The position numbers and the translations under genes were made by a program. From an uncultured Gammaproteobacteria bacterium (GTDB lineage Bacteria > Pseudomonadota > Gammaproteobacteria > Xanthomonadales > Rhodanobacteraceae): 64,000 bases of DNA. The stretch is from the NCBI GenBank assembly GCA_963701115.1, contig OY969566.1:2598097-2662096 (forward strand), in the 5' to 3' direction. The notes below the pieces were generated by a model. That model had not been told where the DNA came from, ran no database searches, and worked only from the letters and a program-made list of their open reading frames with translations. Below are positions 34,545-49,562 of the stretch, one piece after another. Every line of letters begins with the position of its first letter. The stretch's first letter is position 1.

Positions 34545-34700
34545 GGAGGGATACCCAAGCGGCCAACGGGGGCAGATTGTAAATCTGCTTAACCTTCGGT
34601 GGTTCGACTAAGTTCGCTGGGAGCGAACTTGAACGCGACGCGAAAGCGGCGCGGCCCCGGAGGGGCGGAGGGCAGGATAGCCCGACGCAATCCACCTCCC
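34545..34700 (+). pseudogene. Degenerate tRNA-Tyr copy with an 82-nt structured T-loop insertion (RtT-like)
   Basis: First 44 nt match tRNA-Tyr except C32T; variable arm shortened; insert 34608-34689 between TTCGA and ATCC; 3' acceptor strand tcccgga instead of tccctccacca. Confidence 0.85.
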
Positions 34701-34745
34701 GGACAACACGATACGAGGCTGCAGCAACGAAGCATCAAGAATTTC

Positions 34746-34831
34746 GGAGGGATACCCAAGCGGCCAACGGGGGCAGACTGTAAATCTGCTGGCTTACGCC
34801 TTCGGTGGTTCGAATCCACCTCCCTCCACCA
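34746..34831 (+). tRNA. tRNA-Tyr(GUA)
   Basis: Anticodon arm gcaga-ct GTA aa-tctgc, long variable arm, GGTTCGAATCC, ACCA end. Confidence 0.97.
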
Positions 34832-34833
34832 AT

Positions 34834-34912
34834 CAGAATACAGAGGTCAGAGAGCAGAAATCAGAGCGCGGAGAAGTACATCTGTCTTCTGTTGACTGTC
34901 CTCTGCTCTCTG
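34834..34912. repeat. Heptamer-periodic inverted repeat, CAGA variant
   Basis: cagaata cagaggt cagagag cagaaat cagagcg ... acatctg tcttctg ttgactg tcctctg ctctctg, between tRNA-Tyr and tRNA-Gly. Confidence 0.75.
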
Positions 34913-34916
34913 AAAC

Positions 34917-34990
34917 GCGGGAGTAGTTCAATGGTAGAACATCAGTTTTCCAAACTGATTACGAGGGTTCGATTCCCTTCTCCCGCTCCA
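34917..34990 (+). tRNA. tRNA-Gly(UCC)
   Basis: Anticodon arm tcagt-tt TCC aa-actga; GGTTCGATTCC; TCCA end. Confidence 0.96.
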
Positions 34991-35037
34991 AAGATTCAAG
35001 CTGCAACGTAGTGGATCAAAGAGAAAAGGTTTTTGTT

Positions 35038-35214
35038 AATGGGTCAGCATGGATGCTGGTCTGTAGCTGCCGACAGGAAGTCGGCTGAAGTAACGCAAAT
35101 GGGTCGGCAGGATGCCGGTCTTAAGTCGCCGACAGGAAGTCGGCTGAAGTAACGCAAATGGGTCAGCATGGATGCTGGTCTTAGCTTGCCGACAGGAAGT
35201 CGGCTGAAATAACT
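35038..35214 (+). repeat. Three tandem 58-60-nt units, each with two GGA-loop hairpins (candidate CsrA/RsmA-binding RNA)
   Basis: Units start at 35038, 35098 and 35157; hairpins cagca-tgga-tgctg / cggca-gga-tgccg and gccgac-aggaa-gtcggc. Confidence 0.9.
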
Positions 35215-35290
<76 letters not shown>

Positions 35291-35332
35291 AAATTCATTC
35301 ACCCCAGACGATTTTCCGAGAAGAACACTGCC

Positions 35333-36523
35333 ATGGCCAAAGAGAAGTTCGAGCGCAAGAAGCCGCACGTAAACGTCGGCACGATCGGTCACGTTGACCA
35401 CGGCAAGACGACCCTGACGGCGGCGCTGACGAAGCTCGGTGCAGAGCGTTTTGGCGGCGAGTTCAAGGCGTATGACGCGATTGACGCGGCGCCGGAAGAG
35501 AAGGCTCGCGGCATCACGATCTCGACGGCGCACGTGGAATACGAGTCGCCGATGCGCCATTACGCGCATGTTGATTGCCCGGGCCACGCCGACTACGTGA
35601 AGAACATGATCACGGGTGCCGCGCAGATGGACGGCGCGATCCTGGTCTGCTCGGCCGCCGATGGCCCGATGCCGCAGACGCGCGAGCACATCCTGCTGGC
35701 TCGCCAGGTCGGCGTGCCGTACGTGGTGGTGTTCCTGAACAAGGCCGACATGGTCGACGACGCCGAGCTGCTTGAGCTGGTCGAGATGGAAGTGCGTGAG
35801 CTGCTCTCGAAGTACGACTTCCCGGGCGACGACACCCCGATCATCCACGGTTCGGCACTGAAGGCGCTGGAAGGCGACCAGTCCGAGATTGGCGTGCCGT
35901 CGATCATCAAGCTGGTCGATGCCCTGGACAGCTGGATCCCGGAGCCGCTGCGTGACATCGAGAAGGCATTCCTGATGCCGGTCGAGGACGTATTCTCGAT
36001 TTCGGGTCGCGGCACGGTGGTGACCGGGCGCATCGAGCGTGGCATCGTCAAGGTTGGTGACGAAATCGAAATCGTCGGCATCCGTCCGACGGTGAAGACG
36101 ACGGTCACTGGCGTGGAGATGTTCCGCAAGCTGCTCGATCAGGGTCAGGCCGGCGACAATGCAGGTCTGCTGTTGCGCGGCACCAAGCGTGACGACGTCG
36201 AGCGTGGCCAGGTGCTGGCCAAGCCGGGCTCGATCACGCCGCACACGAAGTTTGAAGCGGAAGTTTATGTGCTGAGCAAGGAAGAAGGCGGTCGTCATAC
36301 GCCGTTCTTCAAGGGTTACCGCCCGCAGTTCTATTTCCGCACGACCGATGTGACCGGCGCTTGCGAGCTGCCGGAAGGCGTCGAGATGGTGATGCCGGGC
36401 GACAACGTGAAGATGGTGGTGACGCTTATTGCCCCGATCGCGATGGACGATGGCCTGCGCTTCGCGATCCGCGAAGGTGGCCGTACCGTCGGCGCCGGTG
36501 TGGTTGCCAAGGTTCTTGCGTAA
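35333..36523 (+). CDS. tuf: Elongation factor Tu (copy 1)
   Basis: [26 protein letters not shown]; 396 aa. Confidence 0.99.
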   Translation: MAKEKFERKKPHVNVGTIGHVDHGKTTLTAALTKLGAERFGGEFKAYDAIDAAPEEKARGITISTAHVEYESPMRHYAHVDCPGHADYVKNMITGAAQMDGAILVCSAADGPMPQTREHILLARQVGVPYVVVFLNKADMVDDAELLELVEMEVRELLSKYDFPGDDTPIIHGSALKALEGDQSEIGVPSIIKLVDALDSWIPEPLRDIEKAFLMPVEDVFSISGRGTVVTGRIERGIVKVGDEIEIVGIRPTVKTTVTGVEMFRKLLDQGQAGDNAGLLLRGTKRDDVERGQVLAKPGSITPHTKFEAEVYVLSKEEGGRHTPFFKGYRPQFYFRTTDVTGACELPEGVEMVMPGDNVKMVVTLIAPIAMDDGLRFAIREGGRTVGAGVVAKVLA

Positions 36524-36528
36524 GAACT

Positions 36529-36602
36529 GAGATTCGGGATTAGGGATTCGGGATTGGTAAGAGCGGGCTTCCGCTTCGATCGAATATCGAATATCGAATC
36601 TC
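36529..36602. repeat. Heptamer-periodic inverted repeat
   Basis: gagattc gggatta gggattc gggattg ... gaatatc gaatatc gaatctc. Confidence 0.85.
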
Positions 36603-36611
36603 AGAAAAGCC

Positions 36612-36691
36612 GGGATTGCTGAGTCGGAATTAGGAATAGGAAAGAGCGGGAAGCCGCTTCTACTAATCCCGAATCCCGAATCTCGAATCCC
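36612..36691. repeat. Heptamer-periodic inverted repeat (second of a tandem pair)
   Basis: gggattg ctgagtc ggaatta ggaatag ... taatccc gaatccc gaatctc gaatccc. Confidence 0.8.
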
Positions 36692-36705
36692 AAGCTCTAA
36701 AACAT

Positions 36706-36781
<76 letters not shown>

Positions 36782-36828
36782 GTCAATTGAAGGTGCTGGT
36801 GCGCTTCCAGCACACAACGGCAGGACGA

Positions 36829-37218
36829 ATGAACGCAAAGCTAGAACAATCCGAAAGCAACAGCGGCCTGGACATCGTCAAGCTGAGTCTGGCCGTGCTG
36901 CTCATCGTCGGCGGGCTGTTCGGCTTCTACTTCTTTGCCGGGCAGTGGAACACAGCGTTGCGCGTCGTTGCCCTAATAGGCTCCTTTGTCCTGGCGGGGC
37001 TGATTGGTGCGACATCCCACAGTGGCCGAAACCTGCGTGTCTTCATTGCCGAATCGCAGTTCGAGCTGCGCAAGGTGGTCTGGCCGACTCGCGATGAAAC
37101 GGTTCGTACCACGGGGGTGATCATCGTCGTGGTCATCATCATCAGTCTCATCCTGGGCCTGATCGACCTGATTCTGAAATGGGTCGTCATGGACTGGCTC
37201 CTGACGCTCGGGCACTGA
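36829..37218 (+). CDS. secE: Preprotein translocase subunit SecE (3-TM form)
   Basis: [13 protein letters not shown] motif, three hydrophobic segments, located between tRNA-Trp and nusG. Confidence 0.95.
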   Translation: MNAKLEQSESNSGLDIVKLSLAVLLIVGGLFGFYFFAGQWNTALRVVALIGSFVLAGLIGATSHSGRNLRVFIAESQFELRKVVWPTRDETVRTTGVIIVVVIIISLILGLIDLILKWVVMDWLLTLGH

Positions 37219-37225
37219 GGAAAAC

Positions 37226-37786
37226 ATGGCAAAGCGCTGGTACGTCGTTCACGCATATTCCGGTTTCGAGAACCAGGTTTCGCGCGCGCTCCGCGAGCGC
37301 ATTGCGCGCGCCTCGATGGAAGACAAGTTTGGTGACATCCTGGTTCCGACCGAGGAAGTCATCGAGATGCGTGGTGGCCAGAAGCGTCGCAGCGAGCGCA
37401 AGTTCTTTCCGGGCTATGTACTCGTGCAGATAGAGACGCACGAGGACAACCGCACCCTGCGTATTGATGACGAGTCCTGGCATCTGATCAAGGAAACGCC
37501 GAAGGTCATGGGTTTCATCGGTGGCACCGCAGATCGACCGATGCCGATCAAGGATTCCGAGGCCGATGCGATCCTGCGTCGTGTCCAGGACGGCGTCGAC
37601 AAGCCGAAGCCGAAGGTCCTGTTCGAGCCGGGCGAAATGGTCCGCGTCACCGAGGGGCCGTTCAACGACTTCAATGGAGTCGTCGAGGAAGTCAATTACG
37701 AAAAGAGCCGCCTGCGCGTGGCGGTACTGATTTTTGGTCGTTCCACCCCGGTCGAACTCGAGTTCGGTCAGGTGGAGAAGGCCTAG
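37226..37786 (+). CDS. nusG: Transcription factor NusG
   Basis: [22 protein letters not shown] motif [20 protein letters not shown]. Confidence 0.98.
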   Translation: MAKRWYVVHAYSGFENQVSRALRERIARASMEDKFGDILVPTEEVIEMRGGQKRRSERKFFPGYVLVQIETHEDNRTLRIDDESWHLIKETPKVMGFIGGTADRPMPIKDSEADAILRRVQDGVDKPKPKVLFEPGEMVRVTEGPFNDFNGVVEEVNYEKSRLRVAVLIFGRSTPVELEFGQVEKA

Positions 37787-37793
37787 AAGGGTC

Positions 37794-37882
37794 GGGATTC
37801 GCGATTCGGGATTCGGGATTCGAAAAAGCAGATGCGTGCAATACGTGGCTTTCCGAATCCCGAATCCCGAATTTCGAATCCC
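37794..37882. repeat. Heptamer-periodic inverted repeat
   Basis: gggattc gcgattc gggattc gggattc ... gaatccc gaatccc gaatttc gaatccc. Confidence 0.9.
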
Positions 37883-37943
37883 GGAATCTGAAAACAGCGA
37901 GGAGCCTGACAACAGGCGTTTGCACTCGCAGGAGTAGAAGACA

Positions 37944-38372
37944 ATGGCAAAGAAAGTAGTCGGTTACATCAAGCTGCAGGTCAAGGCCGGTCAGGCCAAC
38001 CCGTCGCCGCCGGTGGGTCCCGCCCTCGGTCAGCGTGGCCTCAACATCATGGAGTTCTGCAAGGCGTTCAATGCCGCCACGCAGAAGCTCGAACCCGGGC
38101 TGCCGATTCCGTGCGTGATCACGGCGTATTCGGATCGCAGCTTCACCTTCATCACAAAAACACCCCCTGCATCCATCCTTCTGAAGAAGGCTGTCGGCAT
38201 CACCTCGGGCTCGAAGCGTCCGAATACGGAGAAGGTCGGCAAGGTCACGCGCAAGCAGCTTGAGGAGATCGCCAAGGCGAAAGAGCCCGATCTGACTGCC
38301 GCGGATCTGGATGCTGCCGTGCGCACGATCGCCGGCAGTGCACGCAGTATGGGTCTGGTGGTGGAGGGATAA
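37944..38372 (+). CDS. rplK: 50S ribosomal protein L11
   Basis: [24 protein letters not shown]. Confidence 0.99.
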   Translation: MAKKVVGYIKLQVKAGQANPSPPVGPALGQRGLNIMEFCKAFNAATQKLEPGLPIPCVITAYSDRSFTFITKTPPASILLKKAVGITSGSKRPNTEKVGKVTRKQLEEIAKAKEPDLTAADLDAAVRTIAGSARSMGLVVEG

Positions 38373-38375
38373 GAC

Positions 38376-39077
38376 ATGGCAAATTCAGGCAAGCGTTACA
38401 AGGCAATCCGCGCAAAGGTCGTCCAGGGCAAGGCTTACGGTCTCGCTGACGCAATCAAGCTGGTTCAGGAAGGCGCCAAGACCAGGTTCGTCGAATCGAT
38501 CGACGTTGCAATCCGGCTCGGTATCGATGCGAAGAAATCCGATCAGGGCGTGCGCGGTTCATCCGTGCTGCCACATGGCACCGGCAAGTCGGTTCGCGTC
38601 GCGGTGTTCTGCCCGGCTGGCGAGAAGGCCAATGCGGCGCTCGCAGCGGGCGCCGATATTGTTGGCATGGATGATCTGGCCGAGAAGATGCAGGCCGGCG
38701 ACATGAACTACGACCGCGTCATCGCCACGCCGGACGCGATGCGCGTTGTCGGCAAGCTCGGTCAGGTGCTCGGCCCGCGCGGATTGATGCCGAACCCGAA
38801 GGATGGCTCGGTTGCCGCCGACGTCGTCACCGCGGTGAAGAATGCCAAGGCGGGTCAGGTGCGTTTCCGCAATGACAAGGCCGGCATCATCCATTGCACG
38901 ATCGGCAAGGTCAGCTTTGATGCGAACGCGCTGAGCGAAAACCTTGGACATCTGCTTGCGGATCTGATCAAGGCCAAGCCGGCAGCGGCCAAGGGCATCT
39001 TCGTGCAGAAGGTGTCGTTGTCGAGCACGATGGGCGTCGGTGTCACCGTCGATCCCTCGAGCCTGCTGCTCAAGTAG
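38376..39077 (+). CDS. rplA: 50S ribosomal protein L1
   Basis: [24 protein letters not shown]. Confidence 0.99.
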   Translation: MANSGKRYKAIRAKVVQGKAYGLADAIKLVQEGAKTRFVESIDVAIRLGIDAKKSDQGVRGSSVLPHGTGKSVRVAVFCPAGEKANAALAAGADIVGMDDLAEKMQAGDMNYDRVIATPDAMRVVGKLGQVLGPRGLMPNPKDGSVAADVVTAVKNAKAGQVRFRNDKAGIIHCTIGKVSFDANALSENLGHLLADLIKAKPAAAKGIFVQKVSLSSTMGVGVTVDPSSLLLK

Positions 39078-39154
39078 AGGTTTCAAGGCGATCGCCAAGC
39101 GCGGTCGCCAGGGTTTTGAGGGCATGCGGATTTCCGCTAGCGGAATGAAGCCAG

Positions 39155-39270
39155 CCGTCAAAGACCGCAGGCGGCCTGAATGGCGCGATCGGGACGCAAG
39201 GATGCACAGCAGCAATGGATCATCCCGATCCTGTCGAACTGGTCTCAAACCCCCAGCCTGCGTAGATGGT
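39155..39270 (+). promoter_or_regulatory. L10 leader (rplJL autoregulatory RNA)
   Basis: ccgtcaaagaccgcaggc ... gcctgcgtagatgg consensus halves between rplA and rplJ. Confidence 0.75.
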
Positions 39271-39411
39271 GTCGCCTGACAGAGATTTCTGAAACGGCCA
39301 CCAGACAGGACATCGCAAGATGTCGGCGGATACGCGAAGGAATACGCGATCCGTGTCGTTTTCGGGTACCGGATGCGCAGGAGCGCTGCGGTTGCCCAAT
39401 CGGAGAAAGCA

Positions 39412-39936
39412 ATGGCGCTCAATCTTGCGCAAAAGAAAGAGGTCGTTGCCGAACTGGCGAACGTGGCTGCCACAGCACATTCACTGGTCGCGTCCGAGTA
39501 CGTCGGTCTTACCGTCAGCCAGCTCACCGAGCTGCGCAAGAAGGCACGTCAGGACGGGGTGTTCATCAGGGTTGCGAAAAACACTCTGGTCTCCCGTGCT
39601 GTCGAAGGCACGGACTACGCGTGTGTCAAAGACACACTCACCGGTCCGTTGTTGTATGCCTTCTCGAAGGAAGATCCCGGCGCTGCCGGTCGTCTGATCA
39701 AGGAATTTGCCAAGGCAAATGACAAGCTCAAGCCCATGTTGGTCGCTGTGGGCGGCAAGGCATACCCGGGGACGCACGTTGACGTGCTGGCCTCGCTGCC
39801 GACCCGCCATCAGGCGCTCACCATGCTGGCCAGCTTGCTCGCCCAGCCTGCCACCATGCTGGTCCGTGTCCTGGCTGAGCCCGCCGTCCAAGTGGCGCGC
39901 GTGATCAACCAGGTCGGCCAGAAGCAGGCCGCCTAA
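39412..39936 (+). CDS. rplJ: 50S ribosomal protein L10
   Basis: [27 protein letters not shown]. Confidence 0.97.
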   Translation: MALNLAQKKEVVAELANVAATAHSLVASEYVGLTVSQLTELRKKARQDGVFIRVAKNTLVSRAVEGTDYACVKDTLTGPLLYAFSKEDPGAAGRLIKEFAKANDKLKPMLVAVGGKAYPGTHVDVLASLPTRHQALTMLASLLAQPATMLVRVLAEPAVQVARVINQVGQKQAA

Positions 39937-39988
39937 AGCGTTCGTTTTTTCGGTACCCAATCAATAGCCGTTTTTCAGGAGTTAAATC

Positions 39989-40366
39989 ATGTCCCTTAGC
40001 AATGAACAGATCATCGACGCGATCGCCGGCAAGTCCCTCGTCGAGGTGATGGAGCTGGTCAAGGCGCTGGAAGAGAAGTTTGGCGTTTCCGCCGCGGCTC
40101 CGGTCGCGATGGCCGCTGGCCCCGCCGCTGGCCCCGCCGCTGCCGCTGAAGAGCAGACCGAATTCTCGGTCGGCCTGAAGGCCACCGGTGAGAAGAAGGT
40201 CGAAGTCATCAAGGTTGTCCGCGCAATCACCGGTCTTGGCCTCAAGGAAGCCAAGGATCTGGTCGAGTCCGCCCCGGCCGTCGTCAAGGAAGCGGTCAGC
40301 AAGGAAGAAGCCGACAAGCTCAAGAAGGATCTTGAGGCTGCTGGCGCAACCGTCGAGATCAAGTAA
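39989..40366 (+). CDS. rplL: 50S ribosomal protein L7/L12
   Basis: [30 protein letters not shown]. Confidence 0.99.
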   Translation: MSLSNEQIIDAIAGKSLVEVMELVKALEEKFGVSAAAPVAMAAGPAAGPAAAAEEQTEFSVGLKATGEKKVEVIKVVRAITGLGLKEAKDLVESAPAVVKEAVSKEEADKLKKDLEAAGATVEIK

Positions 40367-40403
40367 TCGACACATTGGGTCGCTTACCTGACTAGTTCCA
40401 GGC

Positions 40404-40440
40404 AAGCCTGGGGGTGCAAACCCCCGGGCTTTGTCCGTTG
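40404..40440 (+). terminator. rplL-rpoB attenuator/terminator hairpin
   Basis: aagcctggggg-tgcaaa-cccccgggctt followed by a T/G-rich tract. Confidence 0.6.
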
Positions 40441-40447
40441 TTGTTGC

Positions 40448-40527
40448 GTGATTGGGGATTGGGGATTGGGGATTTGCAAAGGCGTTTGATGCGCACTGTG
40501 AATCCCGAATCCCCAATCCCGAATCCC
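40448..40527. repeat. Heptamer-periodic inverted repeat
   Basis: gtgattg gggattg gggattg gggattt ... gaatccc gaatccc caatccc gaatccc. Confidence 0.9.
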
Positions 40528-40586
40528 GGTTTATTCACCCCGTTGGCGTGTCCACGCTGACCAAGCTCCGAGGCGGTACCCCCACC

Positions 40587-43500
40587 ATGACCTACTCGTT
40601 CACTGAAAAGAAGCGCATCCGCAAGGATTTCGGCAAGCGTCCGCCCGTCCTGGACGTTCCGTTCCTGCTGGCCATCCAGGTCGATTCGTATCGCGAGTTC
40701 CTGCAACTCGAAGGCGATCCGAACAAACGCGAGGACAAGGGGCTGCATGCGGCGTTGCAATCGGTGTTTCCGATTTCGAGCTATGCAGGCTATGCCGCAC
40801 TCGAGTACGTCAGCTATCGTCTTGGCGAACCTGCGTTCGACGAGCGTGAATGCCGCTCGCGTGGCATGTCTTATGGTGCTCCGCTGCGCGTGACCGTGCG
40901 TCTGGTCATCTACGATCGCGAGTCATCGAACAAGGCGATCAAGTACGTCAAGGAGCAGGAGGTCTACATGGGCGAATTGCCGCTCATGACCGGCACCGGC
41001 ACCTTCATTGTCAACGGAACCGAGCGCGTCATCGTTTCCCAGTTGCATCGTTCGCCGGGCGTGTTTTTCGATCACGATCGCGGCAAGACTCATTCCTCGG
41101 GCAAGCTGCTCTACAGCGCACGCGTGATTCCGTATCGTGGCTCCTGGCTCGATTTCGAATTCGATCCGAAGGACGCGCTGTTCACGCGTATCGATCGTCG
41201 CCGCAAGCTGCCGGTGACGATCCTGCTGCGTGCGCTCGGTTACACCAACGAACAGATGCTCGAGATCTTCTTCGAGCACAACGTATTCCATCTGGGCAAG
41301 AAGGACAGCACCGAACTTGAGCTGGTTGCCGAGCGCCTGCGCGGTGAGACGCTGAACTTTGACCTGCGCATCGGCAAGGAGGTCATCGTCGAGGCTGGCA
41401 AGCGCATTACGGCACGTCATGTGCGCCAGCTTGAGAGCGCCAAGATCAAGTCGCTCGAAGTACCCGACGAGTACCTGATTGGCCGCATTCTCGCCAACGA
41501 TATCGTCGACACCAAGACCGGCGAACTGTTGGCTTCGGCCAATGACGAGATCGACGAGACGCATGTCGAAGCCTTCCGCAAGTCCGGCATCGATCGCCTG
41601 GCCACGCTCTGGGTCAACGATCTCGATCGCGGCCCGTATATCTCGCAGACTCTGCGTATTGATCCGTCGAAGACGCCGCTTGAGGCCCTCGTCGAGATCT
41701 ATCGCATGATGCGTCCGGGCGAGCCGCCGACCAAGGACGCGGCGCAGAACCTGTTCCAGAACCTGTTCTTCTCGGCCGAGCGCTACGATCTCGATCGAGT
41801 CGGCCGCATGAAGTTCAACCGTCGTGTCGGGCGCAAGGACGATGTCGGTCCTGGCGTGCTTTACGACGGTCGCTATTTCCGCGATCGCAACGACGAAACC
41901 TCGAAGTCGATGGTCAAGGAACTCGGAACCGGTTCCGACATCCTCGACGTGCTCAAGGTGCTGATCGATATCCGCAACGGTCGTGGCACGGTTGATGACA
42001 TTGACCACCTCGGCAACCGTCGTGTGCGTTCGGTCGGTGAAATGGCCGAGAACGTGTTCCGCATTGGTCTCGTGCGCGTAGAGCGCGCGGTCAAGGAACG
42101 CCTGTCGCTGGCCGAGTCGGAAGGCCTGACTCCCCAGGAGCTGATCAACGCGAAGCCGGTGGCTGCCGCGATCAAGGAGTTCTTCGGCTCCTCGCAGCTT
42201 TCGCAGTTCATGGATCAGAACAATCCGCTCTCGGAAGTCACCCACAAGCGCCGAGTTTCGGCACTTGGTCCGGGCGGTTTGACCCGTGAGCGTGCCGGCT
42301 TTGAGGTGCGCGACGTGCATCCGACCCATTACGGTCGCGTCTGCACGATCGAAACCCCTGAAGGTCCGAACATCGGCCTGATCAACTCGCTGGCGGTCTA
42401 TGCGCGCACCAACGGCTACGGTTTCCTTGAGACGCCATACCGCAAGGTCATCAAGGGCAAGATCACCAACGATGTCGAGTTCCTCTCGGCCATCGACGAA
42501 GGTGACCACGTCATTGCCCAGGCGAACTCGCCGTTGAGCAAGGAAGGTACCTTCACCGAGGAATTCGTTTCCTGCCGTTCGCACGGCGAATCCGAATTGC
42601 GTCCACCGAGCGACGTCGAATACATGGACGTCTCGCCGATGCAGACCGTGTCGGTCGCCGCAGCCTTGGTTCCGTTCCTCGAGCATGACGATGCGAACCG
42701 CGCCTTGATGGGTGCGAACATGCAGCGCCAGGCCGTGCCGACCCTGCGTGCGCAGACCCCGGTCGTTGGTACCGGCATCGAGCGCGCGGTGGCGCGCGAC
42801 TCGGGCGTGATCGTGGCGGCGCGTCGTGGCGGCGAAATCGACCAGGTCGATGCCGGCCGTATCGTCGTGCGCGTCAAGGAAGACCAGATCGGCGAAAACG
42901 ATGCTGGCGTCGACATCTATCCGTTGACCAAGTACACGCGCTCGAACCAGAACACCAACCTCAACCAGCGTCCGCTGGTCAAGGTCGGTGACAAGGTCGA
43001 GATTGGCGATGTGCTGGCCGACGGCCCGTCAACCGATCTGGGCGAGCTCGCGCTCGGCCAGAACATGCTGGTCGCGTTCATGCCGTGGAACGGCTACAAC
43101 TTCGAGGACTCGATCCTGATCTCGGAGCGTGTCGTCCAGGAAGACCGCTACACGACGATCCACATCGAGGAGCTGACCTGCGTCGCCCGCGACACCAAGC
43201 TCGGGCCGGAGGAAATCACCGCCGACATCCCGAACGTCGGCGAGCAGGCCCTGGCCCGTCTAGACGAATCCGGCGTGGTCTACATTGGTGCCGAAGTGAA
43301 GGCCGGCGACATCCTCGTCGGCAAGGTCACGCCGAAGGGCGAGAGCCAGCTCACTCCGGAAGAAAAGCTGTTGCGTGCGATCTTCGGCGAGAAAGCGTCC
43401 GACGTGAAGGACAGCTCGCTGCGCGTGCCGCCAGGCATGGATGGCACCGTCATCGACGTCACCGTGTTCACCCGCGATGGTATCGAGAAGGACAAGCGCG

Positions 43501-44747
43501 CGCGCCAAATCGAGGAAATGGAAGTCAAGCGCATCAAGAAGGACTTTGATGACCAATTCCGCATCCTCGAAGGCGCCATCTACAACCGCCTGCGCGGCGC
43601 GATTCTCGGCAAGACCGTCAACGGTGGGCCGGGCGCGATCAAGAAGGGCGCAACGCTGAACGATGAATATCTCGACAGCCTCAAGCGCGACGAGTGGTTC
43701 TCGATCCGCATGAAGGACGAGGACGCCGCCGAGATGCTCGAGCGCGCGCAGGAGCAGATCAAGGGTCATCGCGAGGAGTTCGACCGCCGCTTCAAGGAGA
43801 AGCAGGCCAAGATCACCGCCGGCGACGATCTCGCCCCCGGCGTGCTGAAGATGGTCAAGGTCTACCTGGCCGTCAAGCGCCGCATTCAGCCGGGCGACAA
43901 GATGGCGGGACGCCATGGCAACAAGGGTGTCGTCTCGATGATCGTTCCGGTCGAGGACATGCCCTACGCGGTCGATGGCCGCCCGGTCGACATCGTGCTC
44001 AATCCGCTCGGCGTTCCGTCGCGCATGAACATCGGGCAGATTCTCGAAACCCATCTCGGCTGGGCGGCAAAGGGCCTGGGCGAGAAGATCGGCAAGATGC
44101 TCGATGCCAACGAGAAGGTCAGCGAGTTGCGCAAGTTCCTTGACGCGATCTACAACCACGACAAGGATACGTTCAAGCAGCGCGTCGACCTGAAGTCCTT
44201 CACCGATGACGAGCTGCTGGCGATGGCGCGCAACCTGCGCAACGGTGTGCCGATGGCAACACCGGTGTTCGATGGTGCGTTCGAGTCCGAAATCAAGGCG
44301 ATGCTGAAGCTTGCAGGTTTGCCGGAATCCGGACAGACCATGCTGATTGACGGCCGTACCGGTGAATCGTTCGATCGCGAGGTGACCGTCGGCTACATGC
44401 ATATGCTCAAGCTCAACCATCTGGTCGACGACAAGATGCACGCACGCTCCACTGGTCCGTACTCGCTGGTCACCCAGCAGCCGCTCGGTGGCAAGGCCCA
44501 GTTCGGCGGACAGCGCTTTGGCGAAATGGAAGTCTGGGCACTGGAAGCCTATGGCGCCGCCTACACGCTGCAGGAAATGCTCACGGTCAAATCCGATGAC
44601 GTGTCCGGGCGCAACCAGATGTACAAGAACATCGTCGACGGCGACCACGAGATGGTGGCGGGCATGCCGGAGTCGTTCAACGTATTGGTCAAGGAAATCC
44701 GTTCGCTCGCGATCAACATCGAGCTGGACGAGATCAAGTCCAAGTGA
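40587..44747 (+). CDS. rpoB: RNA polymerase beta subunit
   Basis: [44 protein letters not shown]. Confidence 0.99.
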   Translation: MTYSFTEKKRIRKDFGKRPPVLDVPFLLAIQVDSYREFLQLEGDPNKREDKGLHAALQSVFPISSYAGYAALEYVSYRLGEPAFDERECRSRGMSYGAPLRVTVRLVIYDRESSNKAIKYVKEQEVYMGELPLMTGTGTFIVNGTERVIVSQLHRSPGVFFDHDRGKTHSSGKLLYSARVIPYRGSWLDFEFDPKDALFTRIDRRRKLPVTILLRALGYTNEQMLEIFFEHNVFHLGKKDSTELELVAERLRGETLNFDLRIGKEVIVEAGKRITARHVRQLESAKIKSLEVPDEYLIGRILANDIVDTKTGELLASANDEIDETHVEAFRKSGIDRLATLWVNDLDRGPYISQTLRIDPSKTPLEALVEIYRMMRPGEPPTKDAAQNLFQNLFFSAERYDLDRVGRMKFNRRVGRKDDVGPGVLYDGRYFRDRNDETSKSMVKELGTGSDILDVLKVLIDIRNGRGTVDDIDHLGNRRVRSVGEMAENVFRIGLVRVERAVKERLSLAESEGLTPQELINAKPVAAAIKEFFGSSQLSQFMDQNNPLSEVTHKRRVSALGPGGLTRERAGFEVRDVHPTHYGRVCTIETPEGPNIGLINSLAVYARTNGYGFLETPYRKVIKGKITNDVEFLSAIDEGDHVIAQANSPLSKEGTFTEEFVSCRSHGESELRPPSDVEYMDVSPMQTVSVAAALVPFLEHDDANRALMGANMQRQAVPTLRAQTPVVGTGIERAVARDSGVIVAARRGGEIDQVDAGRIVVRVKEDQIGENDAGVDIYPLTKYTRSNQNTNLNQRPLVKVGDKVEIGDVLADGPSTDLGELALGQNMLVAFMPWNGYNFEDSILISERVVQEDRYTTIHIEELTCVARDTKLGPEEITADIPNVGEQALARLDESGVVYIGAEVKAGDILVGKVTPKGESQLTPEEKLLRAIFGEKASDVKDSSLRVPPGMDGTVIDVTVFTRDGIEKDKRARQIEEMEVKRIKKDFDDQFRILEGAIYNRLRGAILGKTVNGGPGAIKKGATLNDEYLDSLKRDEWFSIRMKDEDAAEMLERAQEQIKGHREEFDRRFKEKQAKITAGDDLAPGVLKMVKVYLAVKRRIQPGDKMAGRHGNKGVVSMIVPVEDMPYAVDGRPVDIVLNPLGVPSRMNIGQILETHLGWAAKGLGEKIGKMLDANEKVSELRKFLDAIYNHDKDTFKQRVDLKSFTDDELLAMARNLRNGVPMATPVFDGAFESEIKAMLKLAGLPESGQTMLIDGRTGESFDREVTVGYMHMLKLNHLVDDKMHARSTGPYSLVTQQPLGGKAQFGGQRFGEMEVWALEAYGAAYTLQEMLTVKSDDVSGRNQMYKNIVDGDHEMVAGMPESFNVLVKEIRSLAINIELDEIKSK

Positions 44748-44773
44748 TCGGCTGCTGAGCTCAGGAGAATCCC

Positions 44774-48970
<4,197 letters not shown>

Positions 48971-49070
48971 CGGTAGTCACTGACAAGCGAAGATCTACCT
49001 TACATCGAAATGAGTCGCAGGAAGCGACTCGTGTTCGAGCGAATGGATGCGAGCGTAAGGCGACGAGGCG

Positions 49071-49100
49071 TTGACAGTCTTGTTGCCTGAACGTTAAACT
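49071..49100 (+). promoter_or_regulatory. Sigma70 promoter of the str operon
   Basis: TTGACA (49071-49076), 18 bp, TAAACT (49095-49100) upstream of rpsL. Confidence 0.6.
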
Positions 49101-49161
49101 CCCGCTTCTGGGCAGGTCGAGTTTACTCGGCCTGTCTTTTGTTTCTTAGGGTTCAAAACGC

Positions 49162-49536
49162 ATGTCAACAGTCAATCAATTGGTGCGCAAACCACGTAGT
49201 CCAAAGACGTACAAGAGCGCTTCTCCTGCTTTGCAGAATTGCCCTCAGCGTCGCGGCGTGTGCACGCGCGTCTACACAACGACCCCGAAGAAGCCGAACT
49301 CGGCGCTGCGTAAAGTGGCAAAGGTTCGTCTGACCAACGGTTTCGAAGTGATCAGTTATATCGGTGGTGAAGGCCACAACCTGCAAGAGCACTCGGTGGT
49401 GCTTATTCGCGGCGGCCGCGTCAAGGATCTTCCTGGCGTCCGCTACCACACCGTTCGCGGCAGTCTTGATGCCGCCGGTGTGACCAAGCGTCGCCAGAGT
49501 CGTTCGAAGTACGGCGCCAAGCGCCCGAAGTCCTGA
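49162..49536 (+). CDS. rpsL: 30S ribosomal protein S12
   Basis: [20 protein letters not shown]. Confidence 0.99.
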   Translation: MSTVNQLVRKPRSPKTYKSASPALQNCPQRRGVCTRVYTTTPKKPNSALRKVAKVRLTNGFEVISYIGGEGHNLQEHSVVLIRGGRVKDLPGVRYHTVRGSLDAAGVTKRRQSRSKYGAKRPKS

Positions 49537-49562
49537 GCAATTATCCAGCCAAGGTTTGATCC

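Noticed and set aside
34545-34831. attL/attR scar of a prophage or integrative element at tRNA-Tyr
   Set aside because: Both 5' and 3' tRNA parts are duplicated, only 45 nt separate the copies, and there is no integrase or cargo.
35038-35214. CRISPR array interpretation of the ~60-nt repeats
   Set aside because: The units are contiguous, with only a 6-nt variable patch, no unique 30-40-nt spacers and no cas genes.
42150-42400. Rpo[10 protein letters not shown] instead of VCPIETPEG near the rifampicin region
   Set aside because: Key rifampicin-contact residues (Q513, D516, H526, S531 equivalents) are wild type; this looks like a lineage polymorphism.
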